A stretch of 20,000 nt of DNA from an uncultured virus (IMG/VR IMGVR_UViG_2643221950_000001) (lineage: Duplodnaviria > Heunggongvirae > Uroviricota > Caudoviricetes): IMG/VR virus record IMGVR_UViG_2643221950_000001, positions 57,308-77,307 of that record; one strand, written 5' to 3'. The notes under the pieces were generated by a model. That model did no database searches, was not told where the DNA came from, and worked only from the letters and a program-made list of their open reading frames with translations. The position numbers and the translations under genes were made by a program. Positions 8,988 through 19,172 of this stretch are shown one piece after another (position 1 is the stretch's first letter; each line of letters opens with the position of its first letter).

Positions 8988-9431
8988 TTAGAAAGAATTC
9001 TTCAGCTTTTCAGGCAGATCAAAGTCTTCAAATGTAAATGGAACTTCTTCTTCAAGTGCCTCTGAATCGACATCTAGTCCAGCAATTTTAGCTGAATCAA
9101 AGTTGACATCGAATAATGTCACACGCTCTGTGCCTCGGCCTGATGATTTATCATCAATTACCGCTTGAAGAGTGAAATAAGGATCTTCCCCTTTTTTCAC
9201 ATAGTTGAGCATGAGTTGAACGAAACGTGACGTAACTTTATAGAATGTTGCTGTTCCTGTTCCGTTTGCCCCAGTTGTTTTATGGCCAGTCATTCGGCGG
9301 CCCATTACGTTCACTTCTGATTTATTTTTCTCCACGTTTGCTTCAAACGTTTTGATAAAGGCAAGCTCCTCACCTTCTAAGAAAAGACGACCTTCTTTAC
9401 CTGAGATTGTATTTTGCGCTTTAAAAGCCAT
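8988..9431 (-). CDS. xkdM: Tail tube protein
   Basis: 147 aa; NTISGKEGRLF and EEEVPFTFEDFD motifs of the XkdM (DUF2001) family. Confidence 0.95.
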   Translation of the reverse strand: MAFKAQNTISGKEGRLFLEGEELAFIKTFEANVEKNKSEVNVMGRRMTGHKTTGANGTGTATFYKVTSRFVQLMLNYVKKGEDPYFTLQAVIDDKSSGRGTERVTLFDVNFDSAKIAGLDVDSEALEEEVPFTFEDFDLPEKLKNSF

Positions 9432-9432
9432 C

Positions 9433-10779
9433 TTACTTCACCTCCACATTGAAATAGAATTTTTCTGCTGCGTCTACTGGCTGTACTGCTAAATCGATGA
9501 TAAATCCATCACGATCTTCATTGAGGCCAATGACGATGTCTGTTTCTGAGTTAAAGCCTGTAATACCGCTGCCATCTTGAAGTTGTGTGAGATACTGTGT
9601 AATCAGTGTTTTCACAAGCTGCACTCCATCATCAGATGCTGGAATGTCATTGCCATTGGCTTTGCGTAATTTAATCAAATTTTTCAGTTCAAATGTTAAA
9701 TCATTGTTGATTGCATCTAGCACACGGATGATTTTGTTTTTCGCCATTTGCTGGTTCTTTTCAACCGTGAAGCTTGTCAAAGAGTTAATATCTTTTTCAA
9801 CGCTCACCGTGCGGTCTCTTGCATCGAAAGTGAAAAGAAACTCTCCTTGTGATAAACGGTATTCTACTTGATCATTATCAAGACGCTCTAATGTATCGAC
9901 TGCGCCTTCGTATTCAACAAAGGTCAGTGACTGATTAAAAGTCGCTCCTGCACTTGCTCCTGCGACCCAAGCTGTTGTTTGAGCAGGCGCGAGTTCTGTT
10001 CCGTCTTCTAAAACAACACCGCTTGTGACATTGATGATACCTTCTTGATCAGCTGCATAGTTAGCCACAACGCCTTGCACCTTACGTCCTTGCTTATTAC
10101 GTAAACGCTCAATAAATGACGCGAATGTTGCTTTTAATTGCTCACTATTATCGACTGGGAGTGCAATAACATCAAAGTATTCCGTTTCAGCTGCTTCTAG
10201 GAAAGCTGTATAATCTGCGACACTTGCCACACCGTTTTTCCCGCCGCTTAAAGCCGCTCCAGCAGTAATGACCGCTTCGCCTTCACCAGAAAATTGAACG
10301 TATTTGTTTTTCACAAGATCTTTGACATCTGTGACCACCTGTTTATCGACAATATCTGTTCCAAGATAGGTGATGACGTCACGTTTTGTGCTGTCGAGTA
10401 CATTTTCTGCCACTTGAATGGTAATCTCATTTCCTTTTTGACCACCATAATTGGCTGTGACCACAAAGTTTTCTGCGATTTCCGCTTTGGCTGGCTCTCC
10501 TTCGTTTAGGCGGTAAAGCAAGACCGTTTGCGCTTTTTTCTTCGCTTCACGGAAAAGAAGAAGTGACTTATCATCAATGTTAAGCCCGACCTTTTTATTT
10601 AAGTCTTCCATATCGGAAACGGAAATAAAGGTTTTTGGTTCTCCCCAGCTCATGACAAGAGGAAGTGCAACTGTTCCTCGCTCGCCTAAAGTAATTCGCT
10701 GCTCTGCTGTTGTTTTAAAATTAAAGTAAATGCCAGGACGCTTTTTCTCTGTACCTGGTGTAAAAGTGCCTCCGTTCAT
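9433..10779 (-). CDS. xkdK: Contractile tail sheath protein
   Basis: 448 aa; MNGGTFTPGTEKKRPGIYFNF start, KNKIIRVLDAINND, QPVDAAEKFYFNVEV end. Confidence 0.95.
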   Translation of the reverse strand: MNGGTFTPGTEKKRPGIYFNFKTTAEQRITLGERGTVALPLVMSWGEPKTFISVSDMEDLNKKVGLNIDDKSLLLFREAKKKAQTVLLYRLNEGEPAKAEIAENFVVTANYGGQKGNEITIQVAENVLDSTKRDVITYLGTDIVDKQVVTDVKDLVKNKYVQFSGEGEAVITAGAALSGGKNGVASVADYTAFLEAAETEYFDVIALPVDNSEQLKATFASFIERLRNKQGRKVQGVVANYAADQEGIINVTSGVVLEDGTELAPAQTTAWVAGASAGATFNQSLTFVEYEGAVDTLERLDNDQVEYRLSQGEFLFTFDARDRTVSVEKDINSLTSFTVEKNQQMAKNKIIRVLDAINNDLTFELKNLIKLRKANGNDIPASDDGVQLVKTLITQYLTQLQDGSGITGFNSETDIVIGLNEDRDGFIIDLAVQPVDAAEKFYFNVEVK

Positions 10780-10782
10780 CCT

Positions 10783-10995
10783 TTAAACCTCCTTGGACAA
10801 AAAAGCATCGATATGCTTCTTTGCTTCTGTTTTTGTAATTGGTTGATGTTTGATATAAAAAAGAGCACCTTCAAGGATTTCTGGTTTTACCCCAAAAAGA
10901 TCCTTGCTGTACTCTTTTAAGGCTTCAAATGAAAAGCCAAATTCTTTTTCTTCGCCCGCTGTTTGATCGAGCTGTGTTTTTTTAGTCTTGCTCAC
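10783..10995 (-). CDS. Small conserved phage protein upstream of the sheath (YkzM-like)
   Basis: 70 aa; LFGVKPEILEGALF...ITKTEAKKHIDAFLSKEV; synteny. Confidence 0.75.
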   Translation of the reverse strand: MSKTKKTQLDQTAGEEKEFGFSFEALKEYSKDLFGVKPEILEGALFYIKHQPITKTEAKKHIDAFLSKEV

Positions 10996-11437
10996 GTTTG
11001 ATCACCCCATCTGAAAAATTGATATCTTCTAGGCTTGGCTGTTTATCTCGGTTGTACCAATAGCTGCTATCCCATGTCAGGACAATCGCTGCTACACCTT
11101 GATCTATGATTCTTGTTTCCACTCTTTTTATGCGGACATAATCATCAAGCACCTCTCCATCTTCACTGATCATCTGAATGATTTGACGATCAGCAAGCAA
11201 TGCATCGACGACTGTTTCCGCCGCATCATGCGCTTTTTCTGTATCCATATGAAACACTTTCACTTGCAGCGAATAAGATTTCATAAAAGTAGACACTGTA
11301 TCTGGACCACTAATGACAGTCACTGGCGGCACATAAACAGATGGCACTTGAAAACGCTCTGGCAGAAGACGATCATACATTTTCACTGGATAGCGTGTGT
11401 ATATATAATGCATGATTGCCCCGACTTCTTGATTCAT
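10982..11437 (-). CDS. xkdJ: Tail completion/terminator-like protein
   Basis: Likely ATG at 11437 (MNQEVGAIM) after SD GGAGGTGA; synteny. Confidence 0.8.
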   Translation of the reverse strand: MNQEVGAIMHYIYTRYPVKMYDRLLPERFQVPSVYVPPVTVISGPDTVSTFMKSYSLQVKVFHMDTEKAHDAAETVVDALLADRQIIQMISEDGEVLDDYVRIKRVETRIIDQGVAAIVLTWDSSYWYNRDKQPSLEDINFSDGVIKREQD

Positions 11438-11441
11438 TCCA

Positions 11442-11939
11442 TCACCTCCCAAAATGTCGATCGATCCAGCTTTGAAGCTTTCGATCCAGCGAGTGTTCAA
11501 ACATTTGTTCATAGAGCATGACGGCATGATCCCAGTACCCATTTCCTTCAATCCATTGAGATGAAAGCATCATGCCAGTACTGGCATTCGGATCATATTC
11601 AAAGCGGTTGCCGTTCCATCTGCCAGGCACCCATCTTCGTTCTCCATTTGAAGAAATGGCATGTCCATCATTCACGTAAGAAGCATAATCGAGCTGTGTC
11701 CCTACTTCTAGCGTGAGCCCGCCTCGGGAAGTGAGAAAGTGATTCTCCTTGTCACCTTTTTGAAAGGAATTGAGGAGACGGCCTGTATCAACAGCCTTTT
11801 CTTTGATGATTTCATCTTGAATGATGTCTAAAAACTGTAAGCCCATTTCCTGTAACCACTCTTGATATTGCGCCGTTAAGCCGCCACTATTTGCCTGTTG
11901 GAGCTGGGATAGCAGCCGGTCAAGTCCATCAATTTTCAT
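11442..11939 (-). CDS. xkdI: HK97 gp10-like tail component
   Basis: ATG at 11939 (MKIDGLDRL); VDTGRLLNSF and VGTQLDYASYVNDGH motifs; ATGA overlap with xkdH. Confidence 0.88.
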   Translation of the reverse strand: MKIDGLDRLLSQLQQANSGGLTAQYQEWLQEMGLQFLDIIQDEIIKEKAVDTGRLLNSFQKGDKENHFLTSRGGLTLEVGTQLDYASYVNDGHAISSNGERRWVPGRWNGNRFEYDPNASTGMMLSSQWIEGNGYWDHAVMLYEQMFEHSLDRKLQSWIDRHFGR

Positions 11940-12292
11940 AGGTTTTCCTTTCTGACGGCCATCACTTCCATGTGATGATTTTTCACTCTTTTTGGCTGCT
12001 GCAATTTGAGTGAGATGCCGTTCCACACCATTTTGTCATGCAAGCGAATGTCGCTTGCTAAAGGGAAATGGACGAGATAGGACTGATAGATGACTGTATT
12101 CGGTTCTTCTTGCACGAGTGACTGGCTTTTTTCTACAACATAGCAAGACACATCTCTCATACTTGGTGTATCAGGATAAGAAATGTCCGTTTGCAGATCT
12201 CCTGCTGGTATACCAAATTTGCCGCGGACTGCCTCTTCATTCTCTAAGTGAAAAAGATCACAGCGATCCGTTAATAGAGAATCATAACTCAT
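11936..12292 (-). CDS. xkdH: Head closure protein, XkdH/YqbH family
   Basis: 118 aa; MSYDSLLTDRCDLFHL start; synteny. Confidence 0.85.
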   Translation of the reverse strand: MSYDSLLTDRCDLFHLENEEAVRGKFGIPAGDLQTDISYPDTPSMRDVSCYVVEKSQSLVQEEPNTVIYQSYLVHFPLASDIRLHDKMVWNGISLKLQQPKRVKNHHMEVMAVRKENL

Positions 12293-12672
12293 AATGATCT
12301 CACCTTTAAATTGGCGCTGCCGCCAGTTAGTGAAGGTTCAATATAATCAACAAGAAGGGCATACACATAAGGTCTGCCTTTCACTTTGTCCGCTGCCTTT
12401 GCATATGAATAATCACCCATTTTTTCTGAAGTCAATCCTTTTATCATGGATTCATCATCATTCAGCATGGCAAAATACTGGGCCATTTTTAATAAGGCGA
12501 TCCTTGCTTTTTCAGGAATGGGCTGATATTTTTCATGTGTAAAATCGTGCCCGACAATTTGAAATACCGCTGCTTCTGCTTCAATAATATCTGCCGCTAG
12601 TCTCTCTACAGAACGATTTTTCACGCGATCAAATACAGAATAGGCTTGTAGTTCCTCAGCAGAAATGATCAT
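12289..12672 (-). CDS. Head-tail connector, YqbG/DUF3199-like
   Basis: 127 aa; SEKMGDYSY motif; directly after the capsid gene. Confidence 0.8.
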   Translation of the reverse strand: MIISAEELQAYSVFDRVKNRSVERLAADIIEAEAAVFQIVGHDFTHEKYQPIPEKARIALLKMAQYFAMLNDDESMIKGLTSEKMGDYSYAKAADKVKGRPYVYALLVDYIEPSLTGGSANLKVRSL

Positions 12673-12685
12673 AGCCTGCTGTCAC

Positions 12686-13609
12686 CTACTCTTTCACTTT
12701 CATTACTTTGGCTACAGCATCCTCTTCCTCAAATTTGCTGTCGAGCTTCGCTGTCAGAACAATGATAAACTTACGGCTGCGAATATCTTTTTCTACTTCA
12801 ATACGAATATTGCGAGAAAACCCTACGATAATGTTTTTCGGATGTGTCAGTAAAATATCTGATACGTCTGTTCCTTCTTCATCATATGGCTGCATATTGG
12901 CAAGACCTTTGACCGGAACACCGAATGCAGAAGAAAGTCCGCCTTGAATCGCCGCATCTCCGAGACCGGTCTGACGGTTTGCTACTTGGTCTTTCCACTC
13001 GACCTCTAAACTTGGGGATGTATAAAAACGGAAATCCTGAGGTACACGTAAATATTTTGACGGCATCGCTTTATAGGCTTGTTTGAACATTTGACGGCTA
13101 ATTTCCGCTCCATTCGCATCGACAATATGAGAAACTGCCTGTTTTCGTACGCCATCCATTTGAGCTAAAAATGGATCTTGTGATGTTGTATCACCGTTGA
13201 CGATCAGTTCTTCAATATCGACTGCCGCTCGTTCCGCCAGCATTTGCATAATGGTCTGCTGAATCCCGTCTTTTTCAATGTTGTTTTCAATGCTGTCGTA
13301 CGTCATATGGATCTCAGCAATGACTTCTTTTGCATTGAGCTGGACAGTGCTTGTCGCTGGGACAACACGGTCTTTTGCATCAAGCGCTTTGCCTTCTTCT
13401 GCTGGGCGTAAAATGCGCTGACCGAAGCCGATTTTTTCGATTTTTTGTGAATCACTTTCCATTGGAATGATACGTGCATCATTTAAAACGGTTGGTGTAT
13501 TTTGCATCATTCTAATGAATGTGTTGGATTGGGCTGCGTTCATGAGACCGCCTGTTTTTAAGCTGGCAAGTGTCATTTCAGCCTTGCGAATCAACTCTTG
13601 ATTTCTCAC
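12686..13609 (-). CDS. xkdG: Major capsid protein
   Basis: 307 aa; GTG start after [25 protein letters not shown], typical of HK97-fold capsids. Confidence 0.93.
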   Translation of the reverse strand: MRNQELIRKAEMTLASLKTGGLMNAAQSNTFIRMMQNTPTVLNDARIIPMESDSQKIEKIGFGQRILRPAEEGKALDAKDRVVPATSTVQLNAKEVIAEIHMTYDSIENNIEKDGIQQTIMQMLAERAAVDIEELIVNGDTTSQDPFLAQMDGVRKQAVSHIVDANGAEISRQMFKQAYKAMPSKYLRVPQDFRFYTSPSLEVEWKDQVANRQTGLGDAAIQGGLSSAFGVPVKGLANMQPYDEEGTDVSDILLTHPKNIIVGFSRNIRIEVEKDIRSRKFIIVLTAKLDSKFEEEDAVAKVMKVKE

Positions 13610-13631
13610 ACTTTTTCCTCCTTATTTAGGC

Positions 13632-14723
13632 TTATAGTAAGCCATCCCATATGGGCTTTGTCATATCATTTTGTGTATCGTGATTTGTTTGTTTAGAAAT
13701 GCCCCGCGCTTTTTCAAGCATGTGTATCCGCTCTGAAATAGGCAGTAGCTGTTGCTGAAGCACTTCCTGAATCGCTGCTTTTTCTCTGCCTGCTGATTTC
13801 TCTAAGGAAGAGAGCTGATGACGAATTGGCGCAACCACTTGCTCCAGCACTTTTTGTACAGGTTCTTCTTCACCTGTTTGATCTGTCCCTTGTTTATCCG
13901 CTTGTTGTAAAACGTTGTCGATGGCCATTTTTGCTTTTTCTAGTTCGCGTACTTGATCAGTCGTTAATCCGGCATCTTGCTTTTGAACGGATGCTGGTCT
14001 TTCGCCAATCGTTTGGAGGACATCATTTGTTTTCAACACATCCTGCACAATTGGAATCAATTGTTCAAGTGCCGCTCTTACGCTAGACTCATCACCATCA
14101 CTTGACTGCAACGTTTCCAGCAGATGATCTAAAACGCTCCAAAATTGTTGTGGCATATCTGCACCTTCCTCTTTCAAAAAGAAATTTTTCAGCAAAGAAA
14201 AAAGCCCTCTCTCGTTCGTTTCTTGAGATAGGAGCTGATCGTGTTCCTCTATTGCGATGATGTCTGCTGTTCCAGCCATTGAGTAGCCTGTAATATGGCC
14301 TTGCTGAATTTGGTCCCAAATATCTTGTGATGCCTTTGTCACAAGTACCCAAGATCCTTTTTGAATCAGCTCCCCGCCTACTTCAAAATCCGCTGGGGCA
14401 ATGTATGATTCGACGACTTCGCCAACACCGTCTTGAAAATCATGCTGTTTATCAATGTGACGGGCATCTTTCATAAAACCGTGTGCTGCTCTTTCAATTT
14501 CTTTGGCCGACATAAAGTCTTGATGTGCATCAGGTGTATTCGGTTCATACACGACGCCATATACGAGGCGATGCGCATCCTCTGCCTTCGTCAGGACACT
14601 GACTTCTTTTTGAAAGTCAGGCTGCTTTTTCTTTGCTTTCATCAAGAAAAATTTCTTTTGGTTGGCGGCCTTGTCCACATAGGAAACATGTGTAATTTTT
14701 GCGTTTTTTAATTCCCTTGGCAT
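13632..14723 (-). CDS. xkdF: Prohead serine protease with putative C-terminal scaffold region
   Basis: ATG at 14723 (MPRELKNAKITHVSYVDKAAN) after SD AAAGGGGGTG; IDKQH and ITGYSMAG motifs. Confidence 0.88.
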   Translation of the reverse strand: MPRELKNAKITHVSYVDKAANQKKFFLMKAKKKQPDFQKEVSVLTKAEDAHRLVYGVVYEPNTPDAHQDFMSAKEIERAAHGFMKDARHIDKQHDFQDGVGEVVESYIAPADFEVGGELIQKGSWVLVTKASQDIWDQIQQGHITGYSMAGTADIIAIEEHDQLLSQETNERGLFSLLKNFFLKEEGADMPQQFWSVLDHLLETLQSSDGDESSVRAALEQLIPIVQDVLKTNDVLQTIGERPASVQKQDAGLTTDQVRELEKAKMAIDNVLQQADKQGTDQTGEEEPVQKVLEQVVAPIRHQLSSLEKSAGREKAAIQEVLQQQLLPISERIHMLEKARGISKQTNHDTQNDMTKPIWDGLL

Positions 14724-14758
14724 ATGTTCACCCCCTTTCAAAAAAAGCTCACGTCCTT

Positions 14759-16216
14759 CTATTTCTTCAGCTGGTTTGACTCGGATGGAGACAGACCATC
14801 AGCTGTTTTTATGCGGCTTTCTAAAGGTCGGTGGTAGAATTCTTCCGGCCATTCCTCTAACGTCTTACCAAGAATACGCCCCGCAAGATCTCGTAAATCA
14901 TTTGGCGATACTGCCCCAGCCTGAATAAATGGTGTCAGAACCTTCGCTATCTCTAATGGATCTCTAAAGTCAGGACCATTTAATAGAAAGCGGACATGCC
15001 ATATATCTAAATCCGGGAGAAAAAGAGTATTGAGTTTCCCTGTAATAAGATGCCGCTCTGGCTGAAACACTTGCTCCTCCGTTGTTTTTCGCGCGGTATC
15101 TGCTGTAGCCTTGTTATAATCTTGTGACTCTCCTGTGTAAATAGGCGGCAGACGAAAAGCGGAGCGGATTTTGTTTCTCGTCTTTTCATCGTATTCTAAA
15201 AAGAGCGCATCCTCTTGCAGGATTTCCGCCAAGGATTTAAAGTTCACTTTGACATTTGATACATCTTCTTCACCTGTTAATCCTTTTTCTGTCGGAAGCC
15301 CTTCTACTTCGAGCAATAAAAACTTATGCGCATGATCAGACCCTTCAATATCATCCATATAATCTTGTAGCTGCTGATAAGAAGTCTCTGACAGCATGCC
15401 GTTTTCAACAATGATGGCACCAGGTACATGCCTTCCTTGCTTAAAATAAAGATAATTCAGCTCTTCTGCTTTTCGTGCGCCATACATATTGACGATGTTG
15501 CCAATCCAGCGGGGAATCCCATACGTCCCACTGCCAATTTTAAAATGAATGACTTCTGTTGCTTGAAGTGGTTCTGGTGTAGCATCATCGTACTTGCCTG
15601 TTTCATAATTTAATATGCGCGGATCACCATACTCCTTGAAAAAGACTTTCTTCTCATTGATGACCTGCACATATTTTCGGAATCGTTTCTTGCGATTCAT
15701 CGTCTTTAATTCGCCGTTTTCTGTGTAGCGGAATTCGACGTCGACTGGCTCACTCAGCTTGCAAATGCGGATATGGAGTGCATCCAAATACTCGATTCCT
15801 GCCGGCTTTCCTTGTCCATCGCGCAGCACCTCTAAAAAGCCATTTCCTGTTTTCTCCCGGTCTTCTAGGACATAACCAAGAATCACGTCAGCAGACTCAT
15901 CATAGTTCATGTATTTCGTAAACTCTTCGAGTCTTGTCCATTCCTTCTCGGCTGTCTTCTTTTTGACCGGTTTCACATCTTCCGCATTAAAATCAAAGGC
16001 GTATTCCACCCCAAAGCCAAAGCCTAAAATATTTGTTCGATACGCATCTATACATTGCTGAAGAATCGTTGAGTATTCTGCCATGCTTTTTAATTCATTG
16101 ATATGGTAGGGCGGCGGGACAATGTCATCTTTTTCGTATGAAAATTCATCCTCATACATTTGTTTTGTATGATCAGACATGTTGGCCTTCATAATCGTTG
16201 CTTTTAATTGTTTCAT
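14759..16216 (-). CDS. xkdE: Portal protein
   Basis: 485 aa following the terminase; [17 protein letters not shown] and [13 protein letters not shown] motifs. Confidence 0.93.
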   Translation of the reverse strand: MKQLKATIMKANMSDHTKQMYEDEFSYEKDDIVPPPYHINELKSMAEYSTILQQCIDAYRTNILGFGFGVEYAFDFNAEDVKPVKKKTAEKEWTRLEEFTKYMNYDESADVILGYVLEDREKTGNGFLEVLRDGQGKPAGIEYLDALHIRICKLSEPVDVEFRYTENGELKTMNRKKRFRKYVQVINEKKVFFKEYGDPRILNYETGKYDDATPEPLQATEVIHFKIGSGTYGIPRWIGNIVNMYGARKAEELNYLYFKQGRHVPGAIIVENGMLSETSYQQLQDYMDDIEGSDHAHKFLLLEVEGLPTEKGLTGEEDVSNVKVNFKSLAEILQEDALFLEYDEKTRNKIRSAFRLPPIYTGESQDYNKATADTARKTTEEQVFQPERHLITGKLNTLFLPDLDIWHVRFLLNGPDFRDPLEIAKVLTPFIQAGAVSPNDLRDLAGRILGKTLEEWPEEFYHRPLESRIKTADGLSPSESNQLKK

Positions 16217-17526
16217 TGTATGGACCTCCTCTCTCGGTTTGGACGGACACGCTCTGAAGCAGTCTGTTTCAAATCGGTCACCTCATAATCATCTAGCGCA
16301 TACCAAATGGCGGATAATGTGTGTGGGTCGATTTGAAATTCATCTTCCTCTAAGCGGCCGTTCTTATCTGCCTTATAGGTTAGTGATTGAAGTTCATAGA
16401 TGGTATAAGGGCAAGCATCAGAACAAATGATTTTCTTAAATCGTTTGATTTTCTTTGTATATTGCAAACGTGACCCTTGGAACTTATGCGCAGCGACCAT
16501 TTGAAATCCGTGCTGCCGAAAATAGTGAATCGTTTTAGGCTCTGCTGCATCTGCCTTAATCAGTTCCTTTGATTCAACAAATTCTTTCAAATCAACAGCT
16601 GTTTCATCATCCGTTTTCCCGCGGTCGTAATATTCCCAATAAATATATAAGTACTTTTTTTCATGATCGACAGCTAACCGAATGAGCGCATTGTAGGATT
16701 CGACAAATCCAAAATCCATCCCCGCTCGTTTCAGCGGTCTTTCAATCTGCCCGATCGCTTCTAATACGTCAGCATGCTGTCTGACCTCAAATTGCGGAAA
16801 CACTTTTGTGCCATTGATACCGAAGTATCCTTTCCTTGCAATTCGATAAAGATCTGGATCGTATTCTTTCAGCTCATCCAGCTGCTTGACATAGCTTTTA
16901 GGAAGAAATAGATTGTCTTCTGCTGTTGAGTGGTGATAGTACGTATCTTTTATCACGATGGTTCGCTGTTTGTATAAGGTTTCGTCATCAAGGACAAAAC
17001 GTTTCAGCTGCTCATCTCGAAAGAAATGTCTGTACGTCCAATTATCCTGACCAACGGGATTCGTCGATAACATCATATAAAGAGGTAAAACCGGATGTCT
17101 CAGCCTTCCAAGCAGTTCTTTAAACCCTTCATAAGAAACCTCGGAACACTCCTCAATCCAAATCATTGAGATGTTGTTGATCGACTTCAATTTCTCAGGC
17201 TTGTCCAGTCCTTTAAATAAAATGCTGCTCCCATTGCGAAAAGTGAGAGCAAGCGGTGAACTGCGGCACTTTACTAGATGATCGATGCCAAGATCGCTGA
17301 CGATTTCTTGTAAAAGAGAGTAGGTCGACTCCCGGTGCGTATCATACACTTCTCGAATGACAAGTGCTGTTCGTTTTTCCTCAAGCAGTTTTAAAATCAG
17401 CTTTAAAGCAATGTGATAGCTTTTGGAGGAGCCATAACCGCCTACTAAAAACTGAAACTTTTGATTCCAATCGAACAAAAAGTGTTCAAAGTGAGGATTG
17501 ACTTCTTTTTCAATCAACGGCGTCAT
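16213..17526 (-). CDS. xtmB: Terminase large subunit, PBSX family
   Basis: Walker A GGYGSSKS, Walker B IWIEE, STNP, nuclease GMDFG. Confidence 0.96.
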   Translation of the reverse strand: MTPLIEKEVNPHFEHFLFDWNQKFQFLVGGYGSSKSYHIALKLILKLLEEKRTALVIREVYDTHRESTYSLLQEIVSDLGIDHLVKCRSSPLALTFRNGSSILFKGLDKPEKLKSINNISMIWIEECSEVSYEGFKELLGRLRHPVLPLYMMLSTNPVGQDNWTYRHFFRDEQLKRFVLDDETLYKQRTIVIKDTYYHHSTAEDNLFLPKSYVKQLDELKEYDPDLYRIARKGYFGINGTKVFPQFEVRQHADVLEAIGQIERPLKRAGMDFGFVESYNALIRLAVDHEKKYLYIYWEYYDRGKTDDETAVDLKEFVESKELIKADAAEPKTIHYFRQHGFQMVAAHKFQGSRLQYTKKIKRFKKIICSDACPYTIYELQSLTYKADKNGRLEEDEFQIDPHTLSAIWYALDDYEVTDLKQTASERVRPNRERRSIQ

Positions 17527-18170
17527 GAATCGTCCTCTTTTCTTTTGATCATGATATGAAGATCTTCTTCTTTTTCCTCACGAACTGCTTTTTTTGTTTT
17601 TTCGATTGTCAGCTCAATTTGCTTCAGCCTTAATCTTCGTTCATCTTTTGCGTGAGCGAGCTCTTCAAACTGTTTAATCAGCCGTCTTAGTTCTCCCATT
17701 GCACGAGATTGGGCATTTAAAAAAGTAGCATGCCGATCCCATGAAAATTGAAACGAAAATTCCTCTGCCGTGATCTCTGGCTCTGGATGAATGCCTTCGC
17801 CTGTTTCTTCCTCTAATGAAGAAGGCAAGTACGTCGCCTTTTTCAGTTCTTTGATCATGTCATCTTGATCTGCTACATGCATGATGCGCTGCGCTCGAAT
17901 AATGGCTGCGTATTGAATTTGAATTTGATCCCAGATGATATCAAGAGATGTGCGCCCATCCATTTTTTCCATGATTTCAATCGTTTCATCTGAAAGAAAT
18001 TGATGAAAGATCGAGTGCGCCTGCTTTGACGGTGTTTTTTGTCTTTGCCAGCCGTATCGTCTTTTCCATGATTTAACGGTATGGATGGAGACGTTGTAAT
18101 GATCGGCTAGTTGCTGGTACGTCATCCCTTTCATATAATCCTGCTTAGCCTCTATCCGTTTATCTTTCAT
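17523..18170 (-). CDS. xtmA: Terminase small subunit
   Basis: N-terminal HTH ([24 protein letters not shown]); [12 protein letters not shown] and [12 protein letters not shown] motifs; SD AAAGGAGG. Confidence 0.92.
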   Translation of the reverse strand: MKDKRIEAKQDYMKGMTYQQLADHYNVSIHTVKSWKRRYGWQRQKTPSKQAHSIFHQFLSDETIEIMEKMDGRTSLDIIWDQIQIQYAAIIRAQRIMHVADQDDMIKELKKATYLPSSLEEETGEGIHPEPEITAEEFSFQFSWDRHATFLNAQSRAMGELRRLIKQFEELAHAKDERRLRLKQIELTIEKTKKAVREEKEEDLHIMIKRKEDDS

Positions 18171-18255
18171 TTACATTCACCTGCCGCCTCCTTTTAGTTC
18201 GAATGATTCCCTGAAGAGAAATCATTTGTGCCGGGCTAGCAAACATTCGTTTGGT

Positions 18256-18287
18256 CTTTCTAACTATAGGTGGCAACTGTAAGACAA
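18256..18287 (-). promoter_or_regulatory. Candidate Xpf-dependent late promoter region
   Basis: TTGTCTTACAGTTGCCACCTATAGTTAGAAAG between the xpf terminator and xtmA, where the PBSX late promoter is expected; not a sigma-A consensus; exact elements not established. Confidence 0.45.
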
Positions 18288-18310
18288 GCTTTTGAAGATT
18301 GATGTGATGA

Positions 18311-18348
18311 AAGAAAAAACGCCTATTCAGCAGCTCTGAATAGGCGTT
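18311..18348 (-). terminator. Terminator overlapping the xpf stop codon
   Basis: Perfect 13-bp stem AACGCCTATTCAG/CTGAATAGGCGTT with a 5-nt loop, then TTTTCTTT on the minus strand. Confidence 0.82.
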
Positions 18349-18841
18349 CTTGTACTTTTTTGGACATTTTGGTCCGAGCTCTTTCCATATGTTTTTGGAC
18401 TGTTCCTTTTTTTACATCTAGCATGATCGCAATCTCGCTAAATGACAGACCCTGTGTTGTGTGCATAAAAAATACGTCCTTCTCTCGATCTGTCAAAACG
18501 GATAAGGCTTCGTCAATTCGCCTTTTGTCCCGCTCACTTACCTCTCTTTCTTTCTCTTGAATGAGGGTGTATTCATGTGATAAAGCCTCTAATACCTCTT
18601 GATTAGCAAGAATGGTGCGCTGATACACAGACCGTCTATCTAATCCTCTGCGTGCGCCTGGCTCTCTACCGATTTGAAGCCATTCCACCACGTATTCTAA
18701 ATCACTGACCATACTGGCGATCATTTTTTGATCATGTTTGTCCTGATCTGACATCTGTTTCTCTTCTTTGTCTTTCAATTGTTCATATCGTTTTCTGGCA
18801 TCTTTTAAACTTCTTTTATATTCAATCAGTAAATCTTGCAT
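18323..18841 (-). CDS. xpf: Sigma-factor-like positive control factor for late genes
   Basis: MQDLLIEYKRSL start; C-terminal sigma region 4 HTH (LTDREKDVF...GLSFSEIAIMLDVKKGTVQKHMERARTK). Confidence 0.93.
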   Translation of the reverse strand: MQDLLIEYKRSLKDARKRYEQLKDKEEKQMSDQDKHDQKMIASMVSDLEYVVEWLQIGREPGARRGLDRRSVYQRTILANQEVLEALSHEYTLIQEKEREVSERDKRRIDEALSVLTDREKDVFFMHTTQGLSFSEIAIMLDVKKGTVQKHMERARTKMSKKVQERLFRAAE

Positions 18842-18864
18842 CTGTGCTCTCTCCCTTTTTTAAG

Positions 18865-18920
18865 AAAATAAAAAACGGACACCAATCAGCCCCTTTTTAT
18901 AGGGTCTTGATCAGTGTCCG
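18865..18920 (-). terminator. Long terminator hairpin between xtrA and xpf
   Basis: CGGACACUGAUCA...UGAUUGGUGUCCG 13-bp stem (two G-U pairs, valid only on the minus strand) followed by UUUUUUAUUUU. Confidence 0.8.
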
Positions 18921-18965
18921 CAGGCTTTCCGTCTTGGACTTATTCAGTTGTTCTTGTTCATCAGA

Positions 18966-19172
18966 CTAGCTGATTTTAAAACCAATCTCATGATCGACTC
19001 TTGCAAAATGCCCTTTTGCTGTTTGAATAATCGTTTTTCCATGCTCAGGTACATCCATCATATAAGCCGTTCCTACGTTTCCATCTAACACAATGACTTG
19101 AATCTTTCCTTTTTCCATTTCACCGACAAATGTCTGGTTTTCTTGAATCATGAGTTGTTTTGGCTCGTTCAT
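18966..19172 (-). CDS. xtrA: XtrA/YqaO family protein
   Basis: 68 aa; VIVLDGNVGTAY..DVPEHGKTIIQTAKG motif; upstream of xpf. Confidence 0.88.
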   Translation of the reverse strand: MNEPKQLMIQENQTFVGEMEKGKIQVIVLDGNVGTAYMMDVPEHGKTIIQTAKGHFARVDHEIGFKIS

